30,973 nucleotides of DNA, from positions 1 to 30,973 of the IMG/VR virus record IMGVR_UViG_3300017709_000019; one strand, 5' to 3'. A program made the position numbers and the translations under genes. This stretch comes from a virus. The first letter of the stretch is position 1, and every line of letters begins with the position of its first letter. Shown here one piece after another: positions 15,359-22,172 of the stretch. Under the pieces are notes generated by a model, which was given only the letters and a program-made list of their open reading frames with translations, searched no databases and had not been told where the DNA came from.

Positions 15359-15453
15359 TAGAAACAAACGCAGTAGAATTAGCAACGCTTATTATGACAA
15401 GCGTGTTTGGTGGAATCGTATTTGCTATGGCAATCGACCACTTTAAGAAATAA
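15355..15453 (+). CDS. 32-aa single-TM micro-protein
   Basis: ATG 15355 (ATGA overlap) to TAA 15451-15453. Translation: MIETNAVELATLIMTSVFGGIVFAMAIDHFKK. Confidence 0.4.
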   Translation: MIETNAVELATLIMTSVFGGIVFAMAIDHFKK

Positions 15454-15468
15454 ATCAAAAACTATATT

Positions 15469-16197
15469 ATGAAAAAGAATCACTTAAGTTACTCGGCTTT
15501 ATGCCAGTTTAAAAAATCTCCTAACCATTTATTAGCATACTGGAACAAAGAATTAAAAACTACAGATGCAATGCAGTTTGGAACTATAATACACAAGATG
15601 TTATTAGAACCAGATACATTTACAAAAGAGTTTGCAATTTTTGAAGGTGCAAGAAGAGCTGGTAAACAATGGCAAGAGTTTAAAGAACAGAACGAAGGTA
15701 AAACACTAATTAAGCAACAAGAATTAGATGATGCAAACAAGATAATTAACAATGCTATGTTGCATCCAGTACTTACTGAAATGATGCAAAACAAAGAAGC
15801 AACAGAAATTAAGTTAGAGTGGCAACATAAAGATGTTAATTTTAAAGGCTTTGCAGACCTTTTAACAACGTTTAACGGTAAGAAGTGCATAGTAGATATA
15901 AAAACTACTAATGATGCTGGAAAACGCTTTGAACGTGATTTATACTATAATGATTATAAAATGCAGTTAGCAATGTATCAAGACCAATATGATAAAGATA
16001 CTGATGTTTACATTGTAGCAATAGAAACTACTACACCATTTAATGTGCAGATATATAAATTAGATGATAGTCTATTATTTAAAGGTTGGATGGATTATGA
16101 TTATTATACAGATAAATTTAAAGAGTGGAACGGAAAAGCTCAAGGTTACTCAAGTGATATTGTAGAAGTAAAAACAGAAACAGAAGAAATATTATAA
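15469..16197 (+). CDS. PD-(D/E)XK exonuclease (RecE/Cas4-like, DUF3799-type)
   Basis: LSYSALCQFKKSP..FGTIIHKMLLEP..KGFADLL..CIVDIKTT..YKMQLAMYQD gives the D..(D/E)xK and QxxxY arrangement. Confidence 0.7.
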   Translation: MKKNHLSYSALCQFKKSPNHLLAYWNKELKTTDAMQFGTIIHKMLLEPDTFTKEFAIFEGARRAGKQWQEFKEQNEGKTLIKQQELDDANKIINNAMLHPVLTEMMQNKEATEIKLEWQHKDVNFKGFADLLTTFNGKKCIVDIKTTNDAGKRFERDLYYNDYKMQLAMYQDQYDKDTDVYIVAIETTTPFNVQIYKLDDSLLFKGWMDYDYYTDKFKEWNGKAQGYSSDIVEVKTETEEIL

Positions 16198-16518
16198 ATG
16201 TTAAAAAAAGAATGGCATTGGATGTCAGATTATAAACAACAAAAACAAATAACAATGAGTAAAAAAGAAGAAACAATATATTGTGGTAGTGGTAAAGTTA
16301 TGAATCCTAAATGGTTAAAAGTAACAATTAATCCTACTAAAATCGCTGATTACATACAAGAGTATAATGGTAACAAATTCATTAAACTAAATATTAATTT
16401 AAAAGATGAAGCTGACCAATATGGTAAAGATGTAAGTATTAGTGTAGATACTTGGAAGCCAGATGCAGAAGCACCTAAAGCTGAGGCAAGTAATACTTCA
16501 AACGATTTACCCTTTTAA
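16198..16518 (+). CDS. Small protein with an SSB-like C-terminal tip (..SNDLPF)
   Basis: The C-terminus PKAEASNTSNDLPF resembles the acidic D-(I/L)-P-F tip of bacterial SSB. An alternative start is ATG 16255. Confidence 0.45.
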   Translation: MLKKEWHWMSDYKQQKQITMSKKEETIYCGSGKVMNPKWLKVTINPTKIADYIQEYNGNKFIKLNINLKDEADQYGKDVSISVDTWKPDAEAPKAEASNTSNDLPF

Positions 16519-16523
16519 GTATT

Positions 16524-16841
16524 ATGAAACAATCAAAAATCTTAACCGCATTGGGTTTGAGTTCGTTAGATGTACAAAATATGTTAATGAACGGACTAAC
16601 AATGCCAGAGATAGCAAAGAAGTATAATATAACTTATATTTCATTGGTACAGGCATTTAAAATCCAAAAGAAAGATTTTAAGTATATTGATTATATACAA
16701 CCAAAAGAAGAAGTGAAGGACATTAAAAACGTGTCCTTCGCTTTTGATAAACTATATACAGAAGAATCACTTAATGAAGATGAATTATTAGCATATTACA
16801 AATACGAACAAAAAAATAAAGCATATTATGAACATACTTAA
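16524..16841 (+). CDS. Hypothetical protein with a possible HTH (GLTMPEIAKKYNITYISLVQAF)
   Basis: 105-aa ORF with a helix-turn-helix-like segment near the N-terminus. Confidence 0.4.
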   Translation: MKQSKILTALGLSSLDVQNMLMNGLTMPEIAKKYNITYISLVQAFKIQKKDFKYIDYIQPKEEVKDIKNVSFAFDKLYTEESLNEDELLAYYKYEQKNKAYYEHT

Positions 16842-17103
16842 AAAAGCAAATGAAATAGTAAATGAAAGGTCTGAAGAAAAATTTAGAGAATATGGAGACT
16901 TTGTTAAATGTATGAGCAAAACAGCTCGTATTGCATCAGAGATGAGTTCTAAGGAAATAACTACAGAAGATGCATATAATGTATTAATAGCGTTAAAATT
17001 ATCAAGACAAGCAAATGCGCACAAAGAAGATAATTTACTTGATGCAGTTGCTTATATAGGCTCTTTAAATAATTACAAACTAAATACGAATCAAAATGGA
17101 TAA
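16828..17103 (+). CDS. DUF6378-like phage protein
   Basis: ANEIVNERSEEKFREYGDF..VLIALKLSRQANAHKEDNLLDAVAYIG resembles the family as I remember it. Its function is unknown. Confidence 0.45.
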   Translation: MNILKKANEIVNERSEEKFREYGDFVKCMSKTARIASEMSSKEITTEDAYNVLIALKLSRQANAHKEDNLLDAVAYIGSLNNYKLNTNQNG

Positions 17104-17857
17104 TAATTTATTTGAATTAAATTATAAACAATTATTAATGAAATGTTTAATAAATGGTGAATTATGTAATAATAGAACAAAAGAAAAAACATATAAGTTA
17201 TTTAATCAATCATTTAATATTGATTTACAAAAAGGCTTCCCTATAGTTACTGGTAAAAAAATATTTTTTGAAAAAGCTTTAGCAGAGTTTAAATGGATTT
17301 ATGAAGGCCGTACAGATTTAAAATATTTACAAGATAATAATATAAATTGGTGGAATGAGTTTGCAATTAATAATAAACTTGGTAAAATATACGGTTATCA
17401 ATTAAGAAAATTTAATAATTCATTTGACCAAATTAAATATGTTATTAATGAAATAAAAAATAATTCAAGAAGAGCTTTAATAACTTTATGGAATCCAACT
17501 GATTTAAAAGAGCAAGCTCTTCCATGTTGTTATACACAAATGAATTTTGTACGAGTAAATAATAAATTAAATATGAGTATTAGTTTTAGAAGTTCAGATT
17601 TGTTTTTAGGTTTACCTTATGATATAATATTTGCAGCATTATTATTAAAAACAATTTCTTTACAATGTAATTTACAAGAACATTTTTTAGGTATTAATAT
17701 AGCTGATGCTCATGTATATGAATGCCATAAAGAAAATGTTAAAGAATATTATAATAATGTAAATTATGTTTTACCTAAACTTAAAGGCGATTATAATAAT
17801 TATACGCTTGAAAATTACAAACACAATAAATATATAAAATCAAAATTAGTATTATGA
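17096..17857 (+). CDS. Thymidylate-synthase-family enzyme with a pyrimidine-specificity Asn replaced by Asp (candidate dCMP hydroxymethylase or dCMP methyltransferase)
   Basis: By-eye alignment to E. coli ThyA: NRT (R21), AEFKWI (E58), IYGYQ (Y94), NSRRALITLWNP (R126/R127), ALPCC (C146), FRSSD (R166/S167/D169), DAHVY (H207/Y209). GLPFN (N177) reads GLPYD here. Confidence 0.8.
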   Translation: MDNNLFELNYKQLLMKCLINGELCNNRTKEKTYKLFNQSFNIDLQKGFPIVTGKKIFFEKALAEFKWIYEGRTDLKYLQDNNINWWNEFAINNKLGKIYGYQLRKFNNSFDQIKYVINEIKNNSRRALITLWNPTDLKEQALPCCYTQMNFVRVNNKLNMSISFRSSDLFLGLPYDIIFAALLLKTISLQCNLQEHFLGINIADAHVYECHKENVKEYYNNVNYVLPKLKGDYNNYTLENYKHNKYIKSKLVL

Positions 17858-18156
17858 AATTAAATAATGAATTTAAAACAATTAGAGAGTGGGCTAATAA
17901 AAAAGGAATATATCAAAAAGGCGATATTAAAACACAATATGTTAAATTACAAGAAGAAGCTGGTGAATTAGCTAAAGCAATAATTAATAATGATAATGAT
18001 GAAATAATTGATGCTATTGGCGATTGCGTAGTTGTTTTAACAAGTATTGCTTACTTTAACAATTGCACAATAGAGGATTGTATTAATACTGCTTACAATG
18101 TAATTAATAAAAGAAAAGGGCATATGGTAAATGGTTCTTTTGTAAAAAACAATTAA
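17854..18156 (+). CDS. MazG-like all-alpha nucleoside triphosphate pyrophosphohydrolase
   Basis: 100 aa with LQEEAGELAKAI..EIIDAIGDCVVVL (EExxE and DxxGD metal motifs) and INKRKG. ATGA overlap with the ThyA-like gene. Confidence 0.65.
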   Translation: MKLNNEFKTIREWANKKGIYQKGDIKTQYVKLQEEAGELAKAIINNDNDEIIDAIGDCVVVLTSIAYFNNCTIEDCINTAYNVINKRKGHMVNGSFVKNN

Positions 18157-18171
18157 ATAAATATATATATT

Positions 18172-18594
18172 ATGAGAAATTATAAATCAAAAATAATAAT
18201 ACCAGATAATTTATTAAATCAATCTATAGGTAAAATAGGTGAAGATATATTTGAAATATGGTATAAAAGAAACTTTGAAAATGAAGATTTACATAAACAA
18301 TTGCAAGACCGAGAATATGAGCAAATTGATTTTGCTGATTGCAAAGGTTATACATATCAAGTTAAAGCAACAACTGAAAAAACTTTTACTTTTAATTGTT
18401 TAATTGATAATTTAAATAAACATTTAAACGCTGATTATTATGTTTTTATACAAATAAATAAAAAAAATAATATTGCATATATTGAAGATATATATAATAA
18501 AGATTATGTAAAATTAAATATTAAAGCAAGTTTTAAATATAATAATTGCTTTATATGGAAAAAAGATTTAAAACAAAATAAACTAAAATTATGA
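18172..18594 (+). CDS. Putative PD-(D/E)XK-fold nuclease
   Basis: IGKIGEDIFEIWY..EQIDFAD..GYTYQVKAT fits an E..D..(E/Q)xK pattern. The gene is extremely AT-rich. Confidence 0.4.
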   Translation: MRNYKSKIIIPDNLLNQSIGKIGEDIFEIWYKRNFENEDLHKQLQDREYEQIDFADCKGYTYQVKATTEKTFTFNCLIDNLNKHLNADYYVFIQINKKNNIAYIEDIYNKDYVKLNIKASFKYNNCFIWKKDLKQNKLKL

Positions 18595-18974
18595 AAGAAT
18601 TACCATACTTTAAATTTTTTCCAAATCAATGGATTACAGGCAGTATATCATTTATGGATTTAGATGTTCAAGGTGCATTTATGAAAGTTTGCTGCTACTA
18701 CTGGAGCAAAGAATGTAAAGTTTCCAGAAAACAAATAGAAACATTAATACCTAAACAATGTAGTGTATTAGTTAATGCTGAGTTGTTTAAGATAGAAAAT
18801 GAAACTATTAGTATTAAATGGTTAGATGAACAGTATAAGCAACGTTTAGTAGAACACAAGCGAAATGTTATCAACGGAAAGAAGGGGGGCTTAAGCAGGG
18901 CTAAAGCATTAAGAAAAGATAATATAAAAAAAGATAATAAAGACCCTTATTTAACTACAAATTTTATAAGATGA
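18591..18974 (+). CDS. DUF1376-like protein (replication-initiation associated)
   Basis: LPYFKFFPNQWITGSISFMDLDVQGAFMKVCCYYW matches the YdaU/DUF1376 N-terminal signature. It lies directly upstream of the helicase. Confidence 0.5.
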   Translation: MKELPYFKFFPNQWITGSISFMDLDVQGAFMKVCCYYWSKECKVSRKQIETLIPKQCSVLVNAELFKIENETISIKWLDEQYKQRLVEHKRNVINGKKGGLSRAKALRKDNIKKDNKDPYLTTNFIR

Positions 18975-19828
18975 TAGTTAATAAAGAAGATAACTTAAAA
19001 TACTTATACGCTTTTAAAGAAGGTAAAATTAAACGTGGTTTAGGTATTGAAAACGAAATGGACAATTGGTATGTTCATAAGCGTGGTAGCTTTACTGTTA
19101 TTGTTGGACTTGATAATGTAGGTAAAACAAATTTTATGTTATGGTATTTTTTATGTTTAAGTATAAAACACAATGTTAAATGGTGTATTTGGTCAGGAGA
19201 AAATAGTTCTGGACAATTGACAAGAGATTTAATTCAAATGTATGCGCAATGTAAATTAAGCGAATTAACAAAACCTCAAATAGATAAATACAATAATAAA
19301 ATTTCAGAGTGGTTTACTTTTGTTAGTAATAAAAAAATGTACAATCATAAAGGCTTATTAAAAATATTTAAAGAAAGTAATTGTGACGCTTGTGCTATTG
19401 ACCCTTTTACAGGGTTAAACCACGACAGGCGCATTAATCAATACGAGCGTAACTATTTAATTTGCAATGACATAAGAGACTTTTGCAATACTACTGGTAA
19501 ATCAATTTATATGATGACTCACCCAATGACTGAATCAGCAAGAAGAGTATTTCCACCAAATCACGAATATGCTGGGTATATACAACCACCAAGAAAATCA
19601 GATGTTGAGGGTGGCCAAGTATTTGCGAATCGTTGCGATTCTTTTCTTTCAATACATAGATTTATTAATTCACCTGAAAGCTGGATGATGACACAAGTAA
19701 GAGTAGAAAAAATTAAAGACAAAGAAACTGGAGGAACACCAACTTTAGATAAGCCGTTGTGTTTTGATTACAATAGTGGATTAGGATTTACAATTGGTGG
19801 TAATAACGTATTAAAACAAAAAAAATGA
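18971..19828 (+). CDS. DnaB-like / RecA-fold replicative helicase (C-terminal ATPase domain only)
   Basis: Walker A VGLDNVGKTNF, Walker B-like CDACAIDPFTGL, followed by MTHP. Confidence 0.65.
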   Translation: MIVNKEDNLKYLYAFKEGKIKRGLGIENEMDNWYVHKRGSFTVIVGLDNVGKTNFMLWYFLCLSIKHNVKWCIWSGENSSGQLTRDLIQMYAQCKLSELTKPQIDKYNNKISEWFTFVSNKKMYNHKGLLKIFKESNCDACAIDPFTGLNHDRRINQYERNYLICNDIRDFCNTTGKSIYMMTHPMTESARRVFPPNHEYAGYIQPPRKSDVEGGQVFANRCDSFLSIHRFINSPESWMMTQVRVEKIKDKETGGTPTLDKPLCFDYNSGLGFTIGGNNVLKQKK

Positions 19829-20064
19829 ATTATAAATACAAAGACATAGAAAAGTTTATGCAGTTTACAAGCTGGACAACTAAACAAAAAATAGATGAAC
19901 TACTAAGAATAGATTGTTCATTATATGCACATCTTGGAACTGATTCAACTAAAGCTGAAAAAGAAGAAGTTAAAAAAAGAAGTATAGAAATATATAGAAC
20001 TATAAAAACATTAGATAAACAGCTTGGTGATGAATTACTTTACTCAGAAGATTTAAAACAATGA
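19825..20064 (+). CDS. Hypothetical protein
   Basis: 79-aa ORF with ATGA overlaps on both sides. Confidence 0.5.
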   Translation: MNYKYKDIEKFMQFTSWTTKQKIDELLRIDCSLYAHLGTDSTKAEKEEVKKRSIEIYRTIKTLDKQLGDELLYSEDLKQ

Positions 20065-20324
20065 CAGATTTAGATTATACAATTACAAAGAACAAATTAG
20101 AAATATTACTTTTAAAGGCACAAGAAGGTTTAAAAGTAGGTAAGGTAACGCAAAGTAAATTGGAAGCGGTAGAAACGTTGCAAGATAGTTTAAAATGTAT
20201 GTTAGAGCTGAGGTTAATAGTTGATGAAATGAAAAACAAACAAACATTATTAACAATGCAAAATGTAAAAGCATACAAAGAAACTGCTCAACTAAAGAAA
20301 AAATTTAATACATTTAAAAAATGA
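20061..20324 (+). CDS. Hypothetical coiled-coil protein
   Basis: 87-aa ORF. Confidence 0.5.
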   Translation: MTDLDYTITKNKLEILLLKAQEGLKVGKVTQSKLEAVETLQDSLKCMLELRLIVDEMKNKQTLLTMQNVKAYKETAQLKKKFNTFKK

Positions 20325-20419
20325 AAACTATATTATTAATGTTAATACTATCACACATAACCAGTTTTATCTCTGGTTCTTTAATTGTTATAATAATAAA
20401 AAGATATTTTGAAAAGTAA
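20321..20419 (+). CDS. 32-aa single-TM micro-protein
   Basis: ATG 20321 (ATGA overlap) to TAA 20417-20419. Translation: MKTILLMLILSHITSFISGSLIVIIIKRYFEK. Confidence 0.4.
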   Translation: MKTILLMLILSHITSFISGSLIVIIIKRYFEK

Positions 20420-20433
20420 AAAGAGAACATTAA

Positions 20434-20547
20434 ATGAATACAGACAAACAAAGGACTCTTACTATCGTAGTGATGATTCTCCTATTGAGTACAACATTGC
20501 TTTGTTGTGTAGAATATATTCTAATGATGCTGAGCTTGGAGCAATAA
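20434..20547 (+). CDS. 37-aa single-TM micro-protein
   Basis: ATG 20434 to TAA 20545-20547. Translation: MNTDKQRTLTIVVMILLLSTTLLCCVEYILMMLSLEQ. Confidence 0.35.
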   Translation: MNTDKQRTLTIVVMILLLSTTLLCCVEYILMMLSLEQ

Positions 20548-20569
20548 TTAGAAAACATTTTCAAAAGAT

Positions 20570-20920
20570 ATGAGTTTAAACGCAAATCAAAAGGGTAAAA
20601 GATTCGAATTAAAAATTGCAAAAGATTTAGCAAAGAAGTTTGATACTAATATAAGAAGAACACCAAACTCTGGTGGACTAAGTATTAAAGGAGATATTAT
20701 GACTACAAGTGGAATACTATCTGAATACAGCTGGGAATGTAAGAACCAAGAGAAATTAAATATCTGGAAAGCATTAGAACAAAGTGAAGGTGATGCAAGA
20801 GGCACACTAAAAACGCCAGTAGTTGTATTTACTAAGAACTTTGAAAAAGATTACATTGCTTTAAAATACGATGATTTTGTAAATATACTTCTTGAATTAG
20901 ATGAATACAGAAGTAAATAA
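20570..20920 (+). CDS. Putative Holliday-junction resolvase / PD-(D/E)XK nuclease
   Basis: NQKGKRFELKIAKDL..RRTPNSGG..KGDI..YSWECKNQEK fits the G-x-x-FE ... D ... ExK arrangement seen in small phage resolvases. Confidence 0.5.
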   Translation: MSLNANQKGKRFELKIAKDLAKKFDTNIRRTPNSGGLSIKGDIMTTSGILSEYSWECKNQEKLNIWKALEQSEGDARGTLKTPVVVFTKNFEKDYIALKYDDFVNILLELDEYRSK

Positions 20921-21407
20921 TATATTGCACCTCTTGGTAAGAGATGAAGAGACTTGGCTAAGTATGGCTGAGGAAATAAGCAGCAATAGTAAAATACCAG
21001 CAAAAGATTTATTACACGACTTCTACATAGCTTTACATAGTAAAATTGATAGTAAAAAAGTAAAAATTAGCCATATTCTATATAACGATTCTTTAAATAA
21101 AGCGTTTATATATAAGATGATGCGCAATATATTTTTAGACGATTTACGAAAAGATAAAGATATATTAATTGATAAAGACCTAAAAAACATTATAGAAGCA
21201 GACAATACAAAGTATGTAGATATAGAAAAAGTTGTTGATGATATTGTTAATGAATTTTATTGGTTTGATAGAAAGTTATTTAACTTATATAGAAAAAAAT
21301 TCCATAGCATTAGAAAACTATCTGCAGCAACTAACATATCACACGTAGTTGTATGGAGAACTATAAACAATTGTATTAAAGAAATTAAAAAAAAAATTAA
21401 TGACTAG
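20901..21407 (+). CDS. ECF-like sigma-70 family factor (candidate late-gene regulator)
   Basis: Region-2-like AKDLLHDFYIALHSKI ... NKAFIYKMMRNIFLDDLRKDKD. Region-4-like HTH FHSIRKLSAATNISHVVVWRTINNCIKEIKKKI. Confidence 0.55.
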   Translation: MNTEVNNILHLLVRDEETWLSMAEEISSNSKIPAKDLLHDFYIALHSKIDSKKVKISHILYNDSLNKAFIYKMMRNIFLDDLRKDKDILIDKDLKNIIEADNTKYVDIEKVVDDIVNEFYWFDRKLFNLYRKKFHSIRKLSAATNISHVVVWRTINNCIKEIKKKIND

Positions 21408-21780
21408 TAAAGGTTTAGGTGATACAGTAGAAAAGATAACAAAAGCCACAGGCATAAAACAAGCTACTGATTGGATATTTGACAAGATAGGTAAAGACTG
21501 CGGATGTGATACAAGAAAAGAAAAGTTAAATAAAATGTTTCCTTATAAGAATGTAGAATGTTTAAATGAAGATGAATACATATATCTAAAAGGTTTTTTC
21601 AACCAACAAAAGAATGTAGTAAATGCAAGCGAACAAAAAGGATTGCTAACAATACACAATAGAGTATTTAACACTAACAAAGAACAATCAAGTTGTGGTA
21701 GTTGCGTAAAAGGTTTAGTTGATACAATGAGAAGATTATATAATGAATATGAATATGAACGAGAAAGTAAAAGCAATTGA
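21400..21780 (+). CDS. Hypothetical protein with CGC and CGSC motifs
   Basis: 126 aa with GLGDTVEKITKATGIK..DCGCDTRKEKLNKMFP..SCGSCVKGL. The Cys pairs may bind zinc. Confidence 0.5.
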   Translation: MTSKGLGDTVEKITKATGIKQATDWIFDKIGKDCGCDTRKEKLNKMFPYKNVECLNEDEYIYLKGFFNQQKNVVNASEQKGLLTIHNRVFNTNKEQSSCGSCVKGLVDTMRRLYNEYEYERESKSN

Positions 21781-21808
21781 AAGAAAGTTAATTGTATTTT
21801 TAAATAAG

Positions 21809-21828
21809 TACAGAACAAATACAGAACA
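21809..21828 (+). repeat. Two direct copies of TACAGAACA spaced 11 bp apart, 6 nt upstream of the terS-like start
   Basis: TACAGAACA at 21809-21817 and at 21820-21828. Confidence 0.6.
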
Positions 21829-21833
21829 GAAAA

Positions 21834-22172
21834 ATGAGCAAAGCAGATTTAATACCATTCAAAAAAGGACAGTCAGGAAATCCTAAAGGTAGACCAAAAG
21901 GTAGTAAGAATAGAAGCACAATTTTAAAAGAAATAGCAGAGCTTAGAACAAAAGGCATACATCCAGTAACTGGTGAAGAAGTATGGATGACTAATGAATA
22001 TAGAATGGCTATGGCTGTTATTGAAAAGGTTATTGAAAAAGGAGACCATCAAGCACTTAATATGGTATTAGATAGTATCTATGGCAAGCAGAAAGATTCT
22101 GTTGATATACATACCTCAGAAGAAGTAAACCACGATTTCAGAAACATCATTGCAAGGATTAAAGCTCAATAA
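21834..22172 (+). CDS. terS: Putative terminase small subunit (DUF5681-like N-terminus)
   Basis: FKKGQSGNPKGRPKGSKNR motif. It lies directly upstream of, and overlaps, terL. Confidence 0.55.
   Translation: MSKADLIPFKKGQSGNPKGRPKGSKNRSTILKEIAELRTKGIHPVTGEEVWMTNEYRMAMAVIEKVIEKGDHQALNMVLDSIYGKQKDSVDIHTSEEVNHDFRNIIARIKAQ

Noticed and set aside
18246-18253. Additional TATATTTG octamers inside coding sequence (18246-18253 in the nuclease gene, 22551-22558 in terL), considered as internal promoters.
   Set aside because: The octamer is expected by chance a few times in DNA this AT-rich. These copies have no upstream TTTG at the right spacing and no downstream gene start.
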